Assembly (NCBI GenBank): GCA_964247055.1
Contig: OZ176053.1
Coordinates: 1,612,001-1,676,000 of the forward strand
DNA from: Paragordius varius
Taxonomy: Eukaryota > Animalia > Nematomorpha
Reading direction: 5' to 3'
DNA: 64,000 nucleotides
In this document: positions 27,173-58,500 of the stretch, in pieces
Layout of the letters: every line of letters begins with the position of its first letter
Position numbering within the stretch: position 1 is the first letter of the stretch
Notes under the pieces: model-generated
Database searches by the model: none
What the model saw: only the letters and a program-made list of their open reading frames with translations
What the model was told of the DNA's origin: nothing
Made by a program: the position numbers and the translations under genes

Positions 27173-28801
27173 ATATTTTTGTGACTGTGTGGTAAGCAAA
27201 GGATGCTTGGTATTAAAAAATAATTTAATTTACTGTCTAATATAGAATATCACGTAATTAGCTTGTCTTTTTAAGTAAACAAGTCCATTATTGCGGATTC
27301 CAGAAATGTGAGTCTTTTGTGACTCGCAAAATATTATTATTTGCTTTTTATAGTGTGTGGTTAATGATTTATTTGATAAGTTTTTTGTAAAAATAATTTA
27401 GCTTGCACCAAATTTCGCAGAATGTGCGCTAATTTTGCGCTTTTTTGATATGGAGCAATTTCTATAAAAAGAGCATTTTTGTTGAATGAAGGCCCAAAAC
27501 TAAAAGCACCATGATAAACCTAAATTTTTCCATCAGACTATATTTAATCAGGATCTTTTTGACCCCCGTTTTCGGGCAACGTGTTATCATTAATCTACAA
27601 TAAATTTTAATGTTACATACATAACCTCTAATATTATTTAAAAAAACTTTTAGTCACTCCAGGGATTATTTAATAATATTACAATTTTGCGTCCTGGAAT
27701 ATAGAGTATTGAAAACTAAATATATCATATAACTAATTGCATTGCCTTTCCATTATATATAAATAGTAAAAAGAAAATCAAGGTTACCTATATAATCAAA
27801 AAATATAATATATATACCATATTTTTTTTATTTCCAATTTAACACCACTAAGATAATATATTTTTAAAATGTGTTTTACCTTTAATGTTCGTTATTATTA
27901 TTTTGTAGATAGGTAGGTTGAGATAATATAATTTACAAATAATAAACCTATATCCAAAAAAAATATTTATTTTATACCTTTAAATATCTCTTGCTATTAT
28001 ATATATATTATGTGATATAAAAATCAATAAAATTAAATAGATTAGAATATAGATATAGTTATAAAACTCATATATGCCAATGATACGATATAGTTAAATT
28101 CCAAACCGCAAACGGATTTAGTCAAAACTAATTTACTAACTACCTAACTACAATTAAGAAATTAGCCTTTACCTAAAAAATGTACATTTATAAAAAATTT
28201 ATTTGCACATTTTGCTCAAAAATCATTTTTTGTAATAAATTTTTTTGGGAAATATTAAAAAAATAATCGAAAATCATAAATACCACATATACAAATCAAT
28301 CAGTCAATATATGCATTCCTAATTTTTTATTGCTTTTTTCGTTATACATAATATATTTATTAAACATAAATTTTTATTTTTACCTGTGTGCGCATAGTGT
28401 TTAATTAATAATATTAATTTTCATTCACCTCTTTGATGACATTCGATATACCCAAATTCATTAAACGAAATATTTTGCGACGTACCTTATCAAGTATTAT
28501 ACATATACAAATTATATAATTATTTTTTTTGATAGTTTTTATTAAAAGTTTTATTTTTTTGAAAGTATAATATATTTTTAAAGCTTATTAGTAATATTAT
28601 ATTTATTTTTGTGGTTAAAATCGATAAATTTGATACTTTGTATTTGCTTTTTTTTGACGAAAAAACGACACTGCATTTCAAAACAGAGGTAGGTTGTTAA
28701 ATTTTTTATACCTTTGCGCGTTTCTCTTATTTTTATACTATATTGTTATCTAAATTTTTTTGTTTATTTTTTAGCTTTTACGATATATACCTATATATGA
28801 A

Positions 28802-31800
28802 ATGTTGGCAATTTTCATTTGTAAATTTTGAAATAAAATTTATATTTTATGCTCGATTTAAATTTAAATTAAGATAATTTTCGACGTACCCTATTTAACA
28901 AGCAATCAAACCCCACAAATATTAATAGTAATATACCACAATCTACAAATCCTCCAATATTCCCCTTTCAAATGCATATAAGGGATAAAGTTGCTTCCGA
29001 ATACCCAAGATGCCATAACCCTAGGGCACACCATCCCTCAGCTTTTCTAAAAGACGGTAATTTTTTTTATTTTATTATTTTTTTTCAAAAATTTCAACCT
29101 TTTAATTTGTCAACTTATTAAAAAATATTACTGCTGCTCTTAATTTAACGTCATTATAATTCACTTTTAATGATAATTACACTAATTGCTCTCTAACTTA
29201 GTTTTATGCAAGATATATAAAATGCCTAAGGTTATTTATTTGGAATATGATATTAATGTTTTAGAAACTAATTTCCCTAGTTTTCGATGTAAAAACCTGT
29301 TTCCTTTTGATAAGGGCAAATGGATAGAGCATAAATAAACCTTTTATAGTGTCCAAAATAAGATAGGGTTTAAAAACGGAATAGATTAAAATGAGACTCA
29401 ATAGAATGATATCATGTAATATATACTTTATTTATGTCTAGTTTCTAAAATTTTTGCCCATATTTATTGCAGGCTCCTATCAGACACATCATCATACCCA
29501 TGGGGTTGTTGACGGAAATAAACAACATAGACAATCACATAGACATCACCATCATCATCACCATGGTAACCGAGATGAACAACAGATGGTTCAACGGGAA
29601 AAACAAGTAGGCCAAGTTCCCTCTCCACTAATCTCTTCTACCGGAAGTAGACCCGGAAGTCCACGAGGCGACAGATCAGGTGATTTGCACCGGCATAACT
29701 CTCATCGTCGCCATCATCATCACCATCATAAACATCACCTTCATCATCAAAATCAATCGCCGGACTTTTGTGAGGGAAGGCGTTCCCCAATACCTGAACA
29801 AGTCTACTACCCCGTTGTCGCCTCACCTAATCAACCGGCCCAACCGCAATACTTTTATGAAACTGTCCCCGTGGCTTATAACAATGGAAACGGGGTGACA
29901 CAAATAGTTGAGAATAGGACGTGTATAACATCACCTCCTATGGCTCCAATAGCTCGTTTAGATGAATCTTTCCTTTCGTCTGATGGAGGAACAGGAGCAA
30001 TTGGGAATGAATCAATACGTGCTATTCCAATTGGAATTCAACAACAACAGCAACAACCCCAATTACAGACTTACACTGTTGTAAGAGATCCATCGAAAAC
30101 GCCTAGCATAACTCATATTCGGGATAAAACTGTCTACGATACCAATCAACAACGTTATTATTATCAAAGCCAGCGTTCTCCGCAAATTATGAATCAGTTT
30201 GTGGGTCCTCCTCCTTCCCCGGCCCACACCATTGAAACAATTTATGTTAACGGAGATGGAGATCGGAATCAAGATTTTGATAATAGGTATGGTGTAAATT
30301 ATTTTTTGTTTGGCTATAACGTAAAAAAAAGATTTCTTTAATAAAAGGATTTTAGATTGGCAATAAAATTGTCAAAACAACTGTGAAACACTCAAATATT
30401 GACTTGTTCGTTTTGCTAAGGCACTCTGTAACGTAGGTTTAGTATGGATGAAAATAGCGTAATTTCCCAATCGTCTGACCAAAATGCAATTGTATGCTCT
30501 TTCAATTTTATAATATAAGGATTTGTCGTTTTGTAATCTATAAATACTTCTAAATATGGTTACCATAGTGATAAATTAATTATAATATATTCGCGAAAGA
30601 TAAGTATAGTTGATGATTGTACTTAGCCGTTAAATTTTTCGTTTACCAAAATATCATTAAAAAAATAGTTAAGTTACATAGTTTGCTTTACTGAATGATA
30701 CATATATAGGAGAGTCATGGCAACACCCGAAGCAGGAAACGTTAAAGAACTTATTCCAGACTCAAAAACAACGGATACGTACATTTATCGAACATATTCA
30801 CCTGCAGGAAGTACTATAGTAACTGTTACCGATTCTGAGAGGACATACATTGTTCCAGGACGCGAGGTAGTCCAACCTCAACAGCCTTTGGTACAAAGTA
30901 TGAGCACTGTACCAATCACTTACAATACTTCGATGTCCGGAAGTGGTATAAGAAACATGGGCGGAAGAACACCACCTCCTATTTCTGAATGCCATTACGC
31001 TAAATCTAGTCGCCCAACTGTTATTGAACAATACGAGGTTTCACCTTATCGATCCACTCAACAACATATCCGACGAGGCATGCAAAATATGAATGATGGC
31101 TTTACCACCACTAATCAACAACAAAGGGTGCAAACTATCCCACTACGCACCCAAAAAAGTTTGGACAATCTGTCACAAAGCGACACTAAACAAGATGATT
31201 ATTTCTTTAGGTTAGTTTGGAATGTCTGTTGTGAAAGAAATGGATATCTAAAAGAGCTGTTTTTAATTAGCTTACAAATGTTTAAATATTTGATTTTGTG
31301 AAGCTGGTTATTTTTAATTATGTTTAAACTTTTTTGACTGCTTTGCTATTTTAAAAGTGAATACTTACGGTTGTTATTAATGCAATAATGGAAGATATTA
31401 AAAATCGAAAAACTAATGATCACTAGAATTTTTAAATAGTACAATCAGTCAATCGGAGGAGTAGCATATAAAAAACTATACCATTATAAATTTAATAGAA
31501 ACGGGGAACAAAAAGAAATTGTAAGGCAACATTTCCAAGAACACGAGGAATACAGTCGTTGGCGAGATAATAGGCAACACTATGACGATTTTCAAAAGAT
31601 GGAAACCATTTATAAAAAACCACCCAGACCAAATAGCTCATCACGTGCCATATACTCACAAATCAGATCTCAACAACCGTCCGCTGACACAAGATCCCGA
31701 TCCCAGCAAAGGTAAATACGGATGAAAATATTTTAAACTCTAAAATCCGCTCTTGTTCTAAATCGAATAGATTCAATATTTAAATGTTTTATGATTGCGA

Positions 31801-32767
31801 TTCTAAACATTTTTAAGTAAGAATGTTAAAAAAAGGAGTTTAAATATAGTCTATATCTAAATTTCTATTAGATATTATGGTAACGTCCAACAACCCTTTC
31901 GCATTTCCCCAAGAAGATTGGATGACAGTGGATTTGTAGATCGCACGCTTGATTCCACTGAGACAAACGTAACTGAAACTCGGCAAATAAATAATAATAT
32001 ATCAATTGCCAACAATATCGATAATAACGATTTGAAACAACAACAGCAAGTGACTGAAATTCATTTTCATAGACCTACGCCCATACCTCGTACCGAAGAT
32101 CTAGGCCTTCCCGGTTCTCCCGACACGTTCACTCCCGAAGAACAAGAAGCTATTGTCCACTCATTTCAGGATATTAGTGAAGTTAATCCAACAACACTCA
32201 ACGAATTGGGTATGTCTTTTTTTCTGTACAATAAAAAACAGACGCTTTTAGATGCAATTACCATTTTTGAAAAAATTCATAGGTGAAGGTTTATTCAAAG
32301 CTCGGTTGGATTTAACACACTTTCGCCGACACGAAATTGAAGCCAAACTGATTGATGGTGTTAGAGTTGTGGTTAAAGCTTCGCACGATGAAAGATTTGA
32401 TAATAGTGCTGCTGATGGTCGGAAAAGTCCTTGTGCAAGAAAACGTGACGAGAGCGGCAAACATTTCATGACAAAACGTGACTTTTTCACGAGTTATACG
32501 CTACCTACAGATTGCGACACTCAACGTCTCAGAGCATACATTACACGAAAAGGATTCCTTATAATCGAATGTCCTAGAATACCTTCCATTTTATCGCCTG
32601 CTTCTGCTACAATGTATAATGATGGCAATATCGCCGCCCAAAAAAATGAACGGTACGTTAATGAATTAACCAAATTTTTCGATGATTATCAACGCTCCTC
32701 GATGGATGACTTAAGTCACCAAGGCACAGATGATAGAGCCGGATCCCTACAAATTTATTTGGATTGA
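28802..32767 (+). CDS. Large HSP20/alpha-crystallin-domain protein with His-rich disordered N-terminus (~850 aa)
   Basis: Exons 28802-28820 (tentative), 28874-29056, 29473-30286, 30710-31210, 31499-31711, 31872-32209 and 32283-32767 give an in-phase total of 2553 nt. The last exon encodes FKARLDLTHFRRHEIEAKL…VVVKASHDER…KRDFFTSYTLPTDCD…LRAYITRKGFLIIECPR, matching the alpha-crystallin domain pattern. The start exon is less certain. Confidence 0.85.
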
Positions 32768-34004
32768 AAAGTTTTAGATTGCAACATTTATATTTACATT
32801 TGATAATTTAGTTTAAAATATTATATAAAACAATATGGTTTTTAAAAGCGTGCACAACGCTCATAAAAAGTTTTGTTTGATAAAGCTCATATGTTTTGTT
32901 ATAGAAAAAAAATAATTTTTAGATTTACAAAAGACAATGCACTCTTTATACATTTCATATCATCATCCTTATATAATTAATATATTGAAAAAAATTAATT
33001 AATTTTTAACCATATTGAATGCAAAGTAGGACCTTCATGCAATATATTCATATTCAGATATAATAATTTTATTTTAATATAACATAATTAAAAAATATAT
33101 ATATTTATGTAATTAATATATTTTAGAAAATATATATATATATTATATAATTAATAATAAATTACAATATAATTAATTAAAAAGTTTATATAATGTGTTT
33201 CATCAAAACAATGTTACAAATTATGAATTGAGTTAAATAAATAAAACTTTAAGGTTAAAAGTTGACGGTCGTATGTTTCACACATCTAGTGGTTACTTTG
33301 CTTATTTTAATTAAAATTTTTCAAATATATAAATATAGAAGTTTAAAATATTAAACATGTTACATTAATTACACATTATTAATGCCTAAAATATTTTATT
33401 CAGTGCTATCTAAATTAATTAAAGGAATAAACTTATTTTACGTTTTTAACCTTGAATTTTATTTTTGTTATACCAACATCATTTCATTTTAACAATGTTT
33501 CATATTAATTATACATAATTTACGAGTGAATCATATATAAATATATATGTGCAATTAGTTATATTTTCTATTAAAAATTATATTGTACTTTTACCTTGAT
33601 GTTTGTTATATATATTATACAAATAATTTTTATGTTTATTTGCTCTTTCAAATTTGACGTTAATTTGGCGTTTAATGCGTACGTTCGAATGTTTTTTATC
33701 TTTTCCCAAATTTTTGACAGCTTTTTATAACAGTAAACAGCAAAAAATTATATTTTTATTTATAGGGCTTTATAATACTTTATGATTAGTAAAAATTTTA
33801 AATTTTTTAGCGAAAGTCCTGGACATGAGCTTATTTTAATTTTTTGGGTATAAAAACATATTTTCTAATTAATTAATGTTTTTTGGCGATTATAAAACAG
33901 GAATTAGTTATAAAAAAGAACACGATCATCCTCACGGAAAAATTCATACGAAAGATATGTGAAAATTGATTATGAAAAAAATAAAAGGTTATGATTTGGT
34001 TAAT

Positions 34005-34120
34005 ATGGCTTCGAACAGAAACCCGAGTTCAGAAATTTCAAGAGGAACCGAATTCGTTGTGCTAGAATAAACCCGGTTCCGGTTCCACTTTTTTCCAACC
34101 GGTTCGAAGCTTTGGTTAAA
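34005..34120. repeat. Small imperfect palindrome rich in AACC(C/G)G/GGTTCC motifs (probable MITE remnant)
   Basis: GCTTCGAAC (34018) and GTTCGAAGC (34102) are inverted, flanked by GGTTAA at both ends. Confidence 0.45.
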
Positions 34121-34787
34121 ACTTATTAGATTGGAATTTATAATCGCAAGGATATATATTGATAAATCTTAATATTACCCTCCAAATTAATCGAAATTAT
34201 ATCATAAGGCAGTGTTCATTTTAACCCTATCAAAAAATCAATTTTTACGTTTAAAAATACGTATCAATACTAAAATGTTATTTAAAATTAGGACTTGTCT
34301 AGTACCATTTGAGTCTCTCAGCAAATTTAGAGTTTCCATGTACTAAATGAGCTATAGATTATTTGGGGAATAGGGGTGTTAATATGAACAATTGCACCCG
34401 TTTTTATTGAACTCAAACGATTAGTTTTCAACTCTTTTAAAGATACAAAACCACGGTTCTAAATTATTTTTAAATTAAATTTAAGAGCACTTAAATATAA
34501 ATTTATGAAACTCAAAAGTATATTTTAGATTTTTCAGAGAAAAAGTAGCACACAATTGAATTTGGCTTTTTATGTATTTATAAGGATTTCGAACTGAAAG
34601 ACAATAATTGACTTACCAAAACAAAAAATCGGTTTTCCAGATATTTATTACGTTTTAAATAATTAATTAACATGAAAGTTTTGGTTGACAATAATTTATG
34701 TTTTCGATGAAAATAATAATATTAAAATAATGATAATAATTTCGATAAAAATAATCGTCTGCTTTTTTCATATGAAGTCTATATGTG

Positions 34788-37700
34788 ATGTCAGATTGGG
34801 TTCACTGCAATAAATGTTTTATCCAACCATTAGAAGGTAAATCGGTAAATTTTTTCTTGACAAATTGCGGTCACATATATTGTGAGTCATGCTTAAAAGG
34901 TAAAATTATTTATTTAAACGAATACTTAGAGCCTTTTTGTCATGTGTGTCAAAAAAGTTGCAATAAAACACCGTTAGAAGGCCAAGTTAATACTTTAAAT
35001 TAATTTTAAAAGTTAAGGCCAGATATTGAATTATTTTTTGTGGATAAGATGTCGCTGCTTAAAAAATTTCAAAAACACGTTAACCAATTATATGAGGTAC
35101 GTCTAATATCATAACTATTATATAGATCATTCAATTTCAACAATCGCATCAAGATAGGATTAACAACTTCCGTAAAACACAGATGCGATCGTCAAATGAT
35201 AATAATGGACTTAAAGAAAAATTAAAATATTATTATGATTTGGCCCAAAAATATCATGAAGAAAATAAGGGATTAAAAGAAAAAATATCGCAAATGGTAA
35301 ACAATTTTTTATATTTTGTAGACCAAATACTTGGAAAACTTAAGGTAATATTGCTTGTAGTAATTTAAATAGGGCGAATGAATCAAAACCAATGCAAATG
35401 AATAAAAATCCGTATCAAAGTAAAAATTATATATAACGGGAAATAAGAGTTTATTATATAAGACAAAATGTGTTGTTAATACTCTCACGTGTTTTGTTTT
35501 TATTGGACAGTTTTTTGTTTAAAAGGGTTAAATGTTTCTATACAAATCATAATGTTTAACAAATCTGCTAGGCAATAACTGTTAAAAATAATATTGAGTA
35601 TGAATAATATATAAGATCGTTTATGTTTGAATAATCCGGTAATATATTTACCACGGATAAAAACAAAGATCATCATGATTTTTTCAATGCGTTTTTTTTG
35701 TATCAAAAATGTTGAAAGTGTAGTTTTTTGAATATAATAATTTCTTATAAACGCCAATCTTATTTGCACAATTTAGTTATTTATCATAAATTATAAATGA
35801 ACTCGTAACCTAAACCGTTTTAAAAAATGGGTAGATAGAATCGGAACCATTCCTATTCCCGGTTAATTAATATATTAATATGTATGATGTCAAATAACAA
35901 GAACAACCTTTTCGACCGCCACTCAAATCCCCTGCGTGTGATGTAACGACCACTGTAAAATCTGTGCAAGACGAAGCTTTAATGCAATCCAATGGCCGTC
36001 ATTGTCCACAACTCAATAATAATTTTGTGACAGCTCTTGAATATGCGGAAAGACATAGTACTAATACTTCTGTCCATCCACAACAAAACAACTCTAATAA
36101 CTGTATGATGGGTTCAAGTTCTCACCAGGCAAGGAATCATCGAACCGATGGAAGTAATCAAAGTTTGAATCGAACCATGACACCTCAATCGTCGAATGTG
36201 TCGCAAAAAGTGTCATCCACATCCCTTTGGAAACAAAATATGGCTAAATTAAACAATGATCCTTATTCTTGTAATTATAATAATAACAATATTCATAATA
36301 AAAGTATGGACAATAAACATGAACAAAATAGGAATCCAACACCTAAGCAACTTCATATCTCCAGAACTACGCCTCTAATGCAGCACGTTGCCCAAACGAA
36401 TGATTGCGATTCCGTAATGATGATTGAACAAACTAATCACGTAAATAACGCAAATAATTATCACCATAATACTTTTGTTAAAAACCAAACTCCATCGAAT
36501 GCAGCAACAACAATGACTAAGCGTTATTGCGCCATAACGCCAAACACTCATCATGTCATGAATGATAGTTTTAGTAAAAGGTTATTTTTTTGTTAATATA
36601 CTAAATTATAATGAAGGATTTTAAGATAAATTATTAATTAGTTTGGGGAGTAAGTCTGTTGCACAATATATACAGTTTGCTGACATTTCTTTAAGCGGTA
36701 AATGCATAAAGATTCGGCAAAACGAATTATACAACCGTCAAAACCATTAAAATTGTTTTTTGCGCCTATCACACTATAAACTAATTACTGCGGTAAAATT
36801 ATTAGTTATTTTCATCGATAGAATACTTAATTAATTACATAACAATCTACATTAATATTCCAAGCATGTATGGTCATGGCGTTTGTTATTTTTTGTAATT
36901 CCGTTAAATCTGTCTTATTATCTATTTATTGGTCTGATAATATCGCGGTTTATATAATAAAGTTTTGTTATTAATTTTCGTATGCAATTAATAACATTGA
37001 ATACTATGAAACATAATAGGACAATTGCAAGGTAAAAACCCCTTAATACAGTATATTACTTTTAAAATAATCTTATCAGATATAAGAATGACTCGGAAAC
37101 TATATGAATTAACGATTAAAACTACATAATACTCTTACGCCAGGTTTCATTAGAAAAAAAACTTTATATTTATATGAGGTTAAAATGTTATTTAATCACA
37201 CAGCTTACAGGGTTCCACCGTTTCCAGGAATACGAATTCAAGCTTAAGTAGCATCAAAAAATCTAATCTCGGATTTGATCCCAAGGGCATTGTGTTAACA
37301 ACTGGCGAAAGACCGCAAACAGCTGTCCCCTTGATGGCTGGTTTTACAAATGATCCCAAAAATCGAAGTCTTTACCATTCGACGGCCAAACCTCAAAGTA
37401 CAAAAAGTTTTTTAACTAATTACTATTTATATACTGTAATTTAAAATATAGAGATAAAACGTAGCAATGTAAAGAAAAACATTTTTTTTAAAGACAAAAC
37501 CATACTTTTTTAAATCTTATTATACTATATTAACTGATTGCAATCGAATAATATATATTTCACTGTGTTACCAAAGATCTCTATTCCATACTTTGCAGTT
37601 TTAAACAATGAGTTGTAATTTATCAAGTTCGAAAAGTAAAGCGGTTTAAATAAAATATTTGTCTTTTTCTTGTCCGTATAATATCATTTTTTAATATATT

Positions 37701-38094
37701 TAACGGTGATGGTTGTTTTTAAAATTTAAATGTTGAAATTGTTGATATATTGTTTAAATATGATTAACAATTGGCTTAATATGAAGCATTCATTTAATAA
37801 TTTTAGGTAATTAAGCATTAAAAATAATTTTCGATAATTTTAAACTAAATTTTTCTGTTCAATAGAAAATTTTAATGATTATATTAATATTTTTTCCCGA
37901 AAATTTTTATAGGAGGTATTACTGAAGATGGGCTCCGTAAACAACCCCCGGGATCAAGTTTTGTAATAAAGGTATGCGTTTTATAACATTTTTAATTAAA
38001 AATTATAATCGATTTGATAATTTTTAATAATTTTTCTTTGTCATTTACACAGATGCCATCTATGATAAATTTTCCGACATACAAGAGAAATTAA
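34788..38094 (+). CDS. RNF212: RNF212/Zip3/ZHP-3-like meiotic RING ligase
   Basis: Exons 34788-34899, 34930-34985, 35013-35096, 35126-35296, 35322-35344, 35373-35419, 35902-36580, 37204-~37406, 37913-37971 and 38053-38094. N-terminus MSDWVHCNKCF…FFLTNCGHIYCESC…CHVC…L…LRPDIELFF is the RNF212-family RING, followed by a coiled coil and an N/Q/H-rich tail. The 3' exons are less certain. RNF212 versus RNF212B is unresolved. Confidence 0.85.
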
Positions 38095-38476
38095 TACACA
38101 TTAAGTCTCAACAACCAATCTATTTATTCAAATTAATTCATGAATGGTGAAAATGTTGCGCAATTATCACAAAACTTTCCAAAATGTATTTGTCCTTTGT
38201 TATGAGTTAAAATGTGTGTGTATTTAGTGTACATAATTCATAACATTTTCATCATAATATATATGTATAAATTAATCCCTTAAAACTAGCTAATAAATTA
38301 ATGCTAAATAAAAAACACAAAAAAACACATGAAATAATCACTCATACATATAATCATAAACACAAAAATTAATTAATCAATCAAATATATATGCTAAGAA
38401 AAATAAACATATGACCAAAATATATAATATAATTGAAAAATTAATATAAAACAAATTTTCTTAATGCTTATTAAAT

Positions 38477-55996
<17,520 letters not shown>

Positions 55997-56594
55997 ATTG
56001 TTATAGTCAAAAACACCGTTGATATGCGATATATTCTAAAATAAAAATTTAAAGACGTAATTTACGTTTTGTTGTTGTTCAAATAAAGTTGCAGTATTAA
56101 TTTGATTATGCAGAAATTTAGTTTTTTTATGCGGTGGTGATACTTCTATTTGTACAGGGGAATGATTTGGTAAATTATCCATCTAAAATAGTAAAATTTA
56201 AATAAAAACTTTATAGGCATTGATGGCAAACTATAAAAAAAATGTTTTCATAAAAAACAGACAAAAAGCATATCATTCATTTTTACATTCGGTTCCTTTC
56301 AAATAATTTCCAGGTATGCATTTTGTATCCATTTTTTCATACAGCGAATTGCACTCTGATTTCAACACTTTTGTTGAATATCTATTTAATATTCGCTATA
56401 TTATTTTTTGGTTAAAATATTTTGATGTATTTTATAATATATTAATTTTAATTGATACCCATTCAGGTAGAAGTGAAAAATGAATTGATGACAAAATTTG
56501 ATTGCTTATCAAAATTAATAAATAAATACACTGTACTTATATATTTACTAATCAAAGGGATATGATTTTTATTCCTCATTGTATTTTGTTAGAG

Positions 56595-56790
56595 AAGTGG
56601 TTTTCAACAACCGCCCTAAACTATTTTATGGCCCGAATTATTAAATTTTTTGAGATACCTATTTTGATAAATATCTCTAAATGTGTTAAGCTATGATATT
56701 TTTATCAGTGTTATACGGTGCACGGCTCTTCAGATGACAAATTTTTTTGCGGGCCTTCCCTTAAAATTTTTAGTGTTAGAAACTGTTTTT
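56595..56790. mobile_element. Possible hAT-type MITE remnant
   Basis: AGTGGTTTTCAAC left end, GTTAGAAACTG right end, with subterminal GGCCCG/GCGGGCC motifs as in the other hAT ends. Confidence 0.4.
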
Positions 56791-57719
56791 ACCTTCATAA
56801 CCGATACGCAGAGTTTTTTTACAATTCAGTATTTTTGAAACCGTTCAAAATATTTTCCCACTTTTAATTTTGTATAGGTACCGAAAAGAGAATTAAATAA
56901 AACTAATTTTTATTGGTGAATAAATTGGGACTTTTCATATATATATATGTGTGAATACTTTCATATCAAATGTATAAATTATATATTATGCAAAATTTGC
57001 TATCAATATGGATAAAAACGCAAAATTAAATCATTGAAAAATAAGTATAATTAACCAATCAGACCAAAAAAAGTGTAACGGAAGCCCCCCACTTAGTTGA
57101 AACTAATTTGGTAATATATTTTGAAAATTAAATCAAGGTGATTTTATTTTGTGGAATAGTTTCAAGGTTGATAAGATAAAACAGGTACTTTGAATGTTTA
57201 AATACTTTATGGTTTCAATCTCACATGTTATTTAATTTTTCCTCTGTTTTATTCATATTTTGTTTTCATCAGAAACACAAATAGCTCTATAATTTTACAA
57301 AGGTAAAATTGTTAAAACATGATTGTGAAGCAGCCCTATTTTGTGTATTTAAAGTATATATATCTGCATACGTGTCAATGAGCCATATAATATTTGTCGT
57401 AAAATGCACTTCCCTTATATAATCTTTATCTGTCCCTTAAATTCTTTTTTTACCACTTTACTCTATATATATATATGATGTCTAAATATCACTTAATGCA
57501 TCCCTTAGAGTCCAGTCAAAAAGTATGTAAATATTATTCATGGTAAATGGAAATTGTTCGTCAATATTTTATAAAATTGGCACGTACGTTTTTCGGCATA
57601 TACAGTATGAGTAAAAATACTTTGTAACATTTACTGTAAAAATAAATATTATTGGCTAAAAGTTGGTTAACATTTAAAAATATGTTTTTTTCATCGCCAA
57701 ATGAAATGCTCTTTCCCTT

Positions 57720-58500
57720 GTAATTAAAAAGTCGTAATGGATTACACTGCTCAACAAGGTTTTGCACCACCCCATTATTTTTGCATTTTCTGATACCTAA
57801 TGGCATGGAAAGGCCAAAACAAAAAAAGAAAATTGAGGCCACCAATAGGATTTTTCCGAAATTTAATTTTTAAATTTGTATTTAATTTAAAAATAACAAT
57901 CATTCCTCGTGTATATATGTTTAAATATTCAAACGAACAAGTCGATACAAGTAATATTCCATGCATGAATAACAAAATTCTAGGCATTAAATAAGATACT
58001 AAACAAGCTAAGAGCCAAAGTATTAAAAATCTAAAAGAGGCTTATGTATAGTGTGATAGATCCGGGCGGCTGCACAAACTCTGCACATCCCCCAAGCGAC
58101 CCAATTATGCCAGATATGGCAAAGATAACAATAAGTAATCGTAAAGCCCGATAAAAGAGACTTGCAAGCAAAATCCAGGCAAATTGACATGTCAAATTAA
58201 CCAATCAGAATAAAGTTACATAAATTCTACAATTAAATTAAATAAAAAGATTAGGTAAATACAAATGGTCCAATCCCATAATAGTAAATTCTACTAAAAG
58301 TGGCTACACAACATCCATCTGAAATTAAAAATACAAAACAACCAATAATTTTAAAAAATAAAGTATATCCACTAGGTATAAATAAAGGATTTTTTGTAAG
58401 AACCAACTCAAGAAAAAAAGCCTAATAAGTACTCGAAAGAACGAAAACTAACAAAAAAATATAGCCTATCTAAAAGCCGAAGGTTTAAACCATAGAATGC
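57720..58500 (-). pseudogene. Disrupted multi-pass membrane protein gene, possibly DUF4203 (TM7SF3/TMEM198-like)
   Basis: Hydrophobic fragments in shifting frames: AFFLELVLTKNP…, ILLASLFYRALRLLIVIFAISGIIGSLGGCAEFVQPP, FLILWLLACLVSYLMPRILL…CSFEYL and KNPIGGLNFLFLFWP. They resemble, from memory, the order of DUF4203 helices. Several stops and frameshifts are present, and I found no canonical splicing path that repairs them. Confidence 0.45.

Noticed and set aside
29638-32490. Antisense and alternate-frame ORFs overlapping the sHSP exons (also 2236-2550, 60670-60945 and 61606-61839)
   Set aside because: These are shadow ORFs of GC-richer real exons, with no independent motifs or splice logic.
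58040-58080. ARIYHTI match to MGST1/MAPEG in an alternative frame
   Set aside because: The upstream MAPEG signature (N..EN..PF) and the downstream helix are absent, and another frame fits a longer multi-helix pattern. Probably chance.
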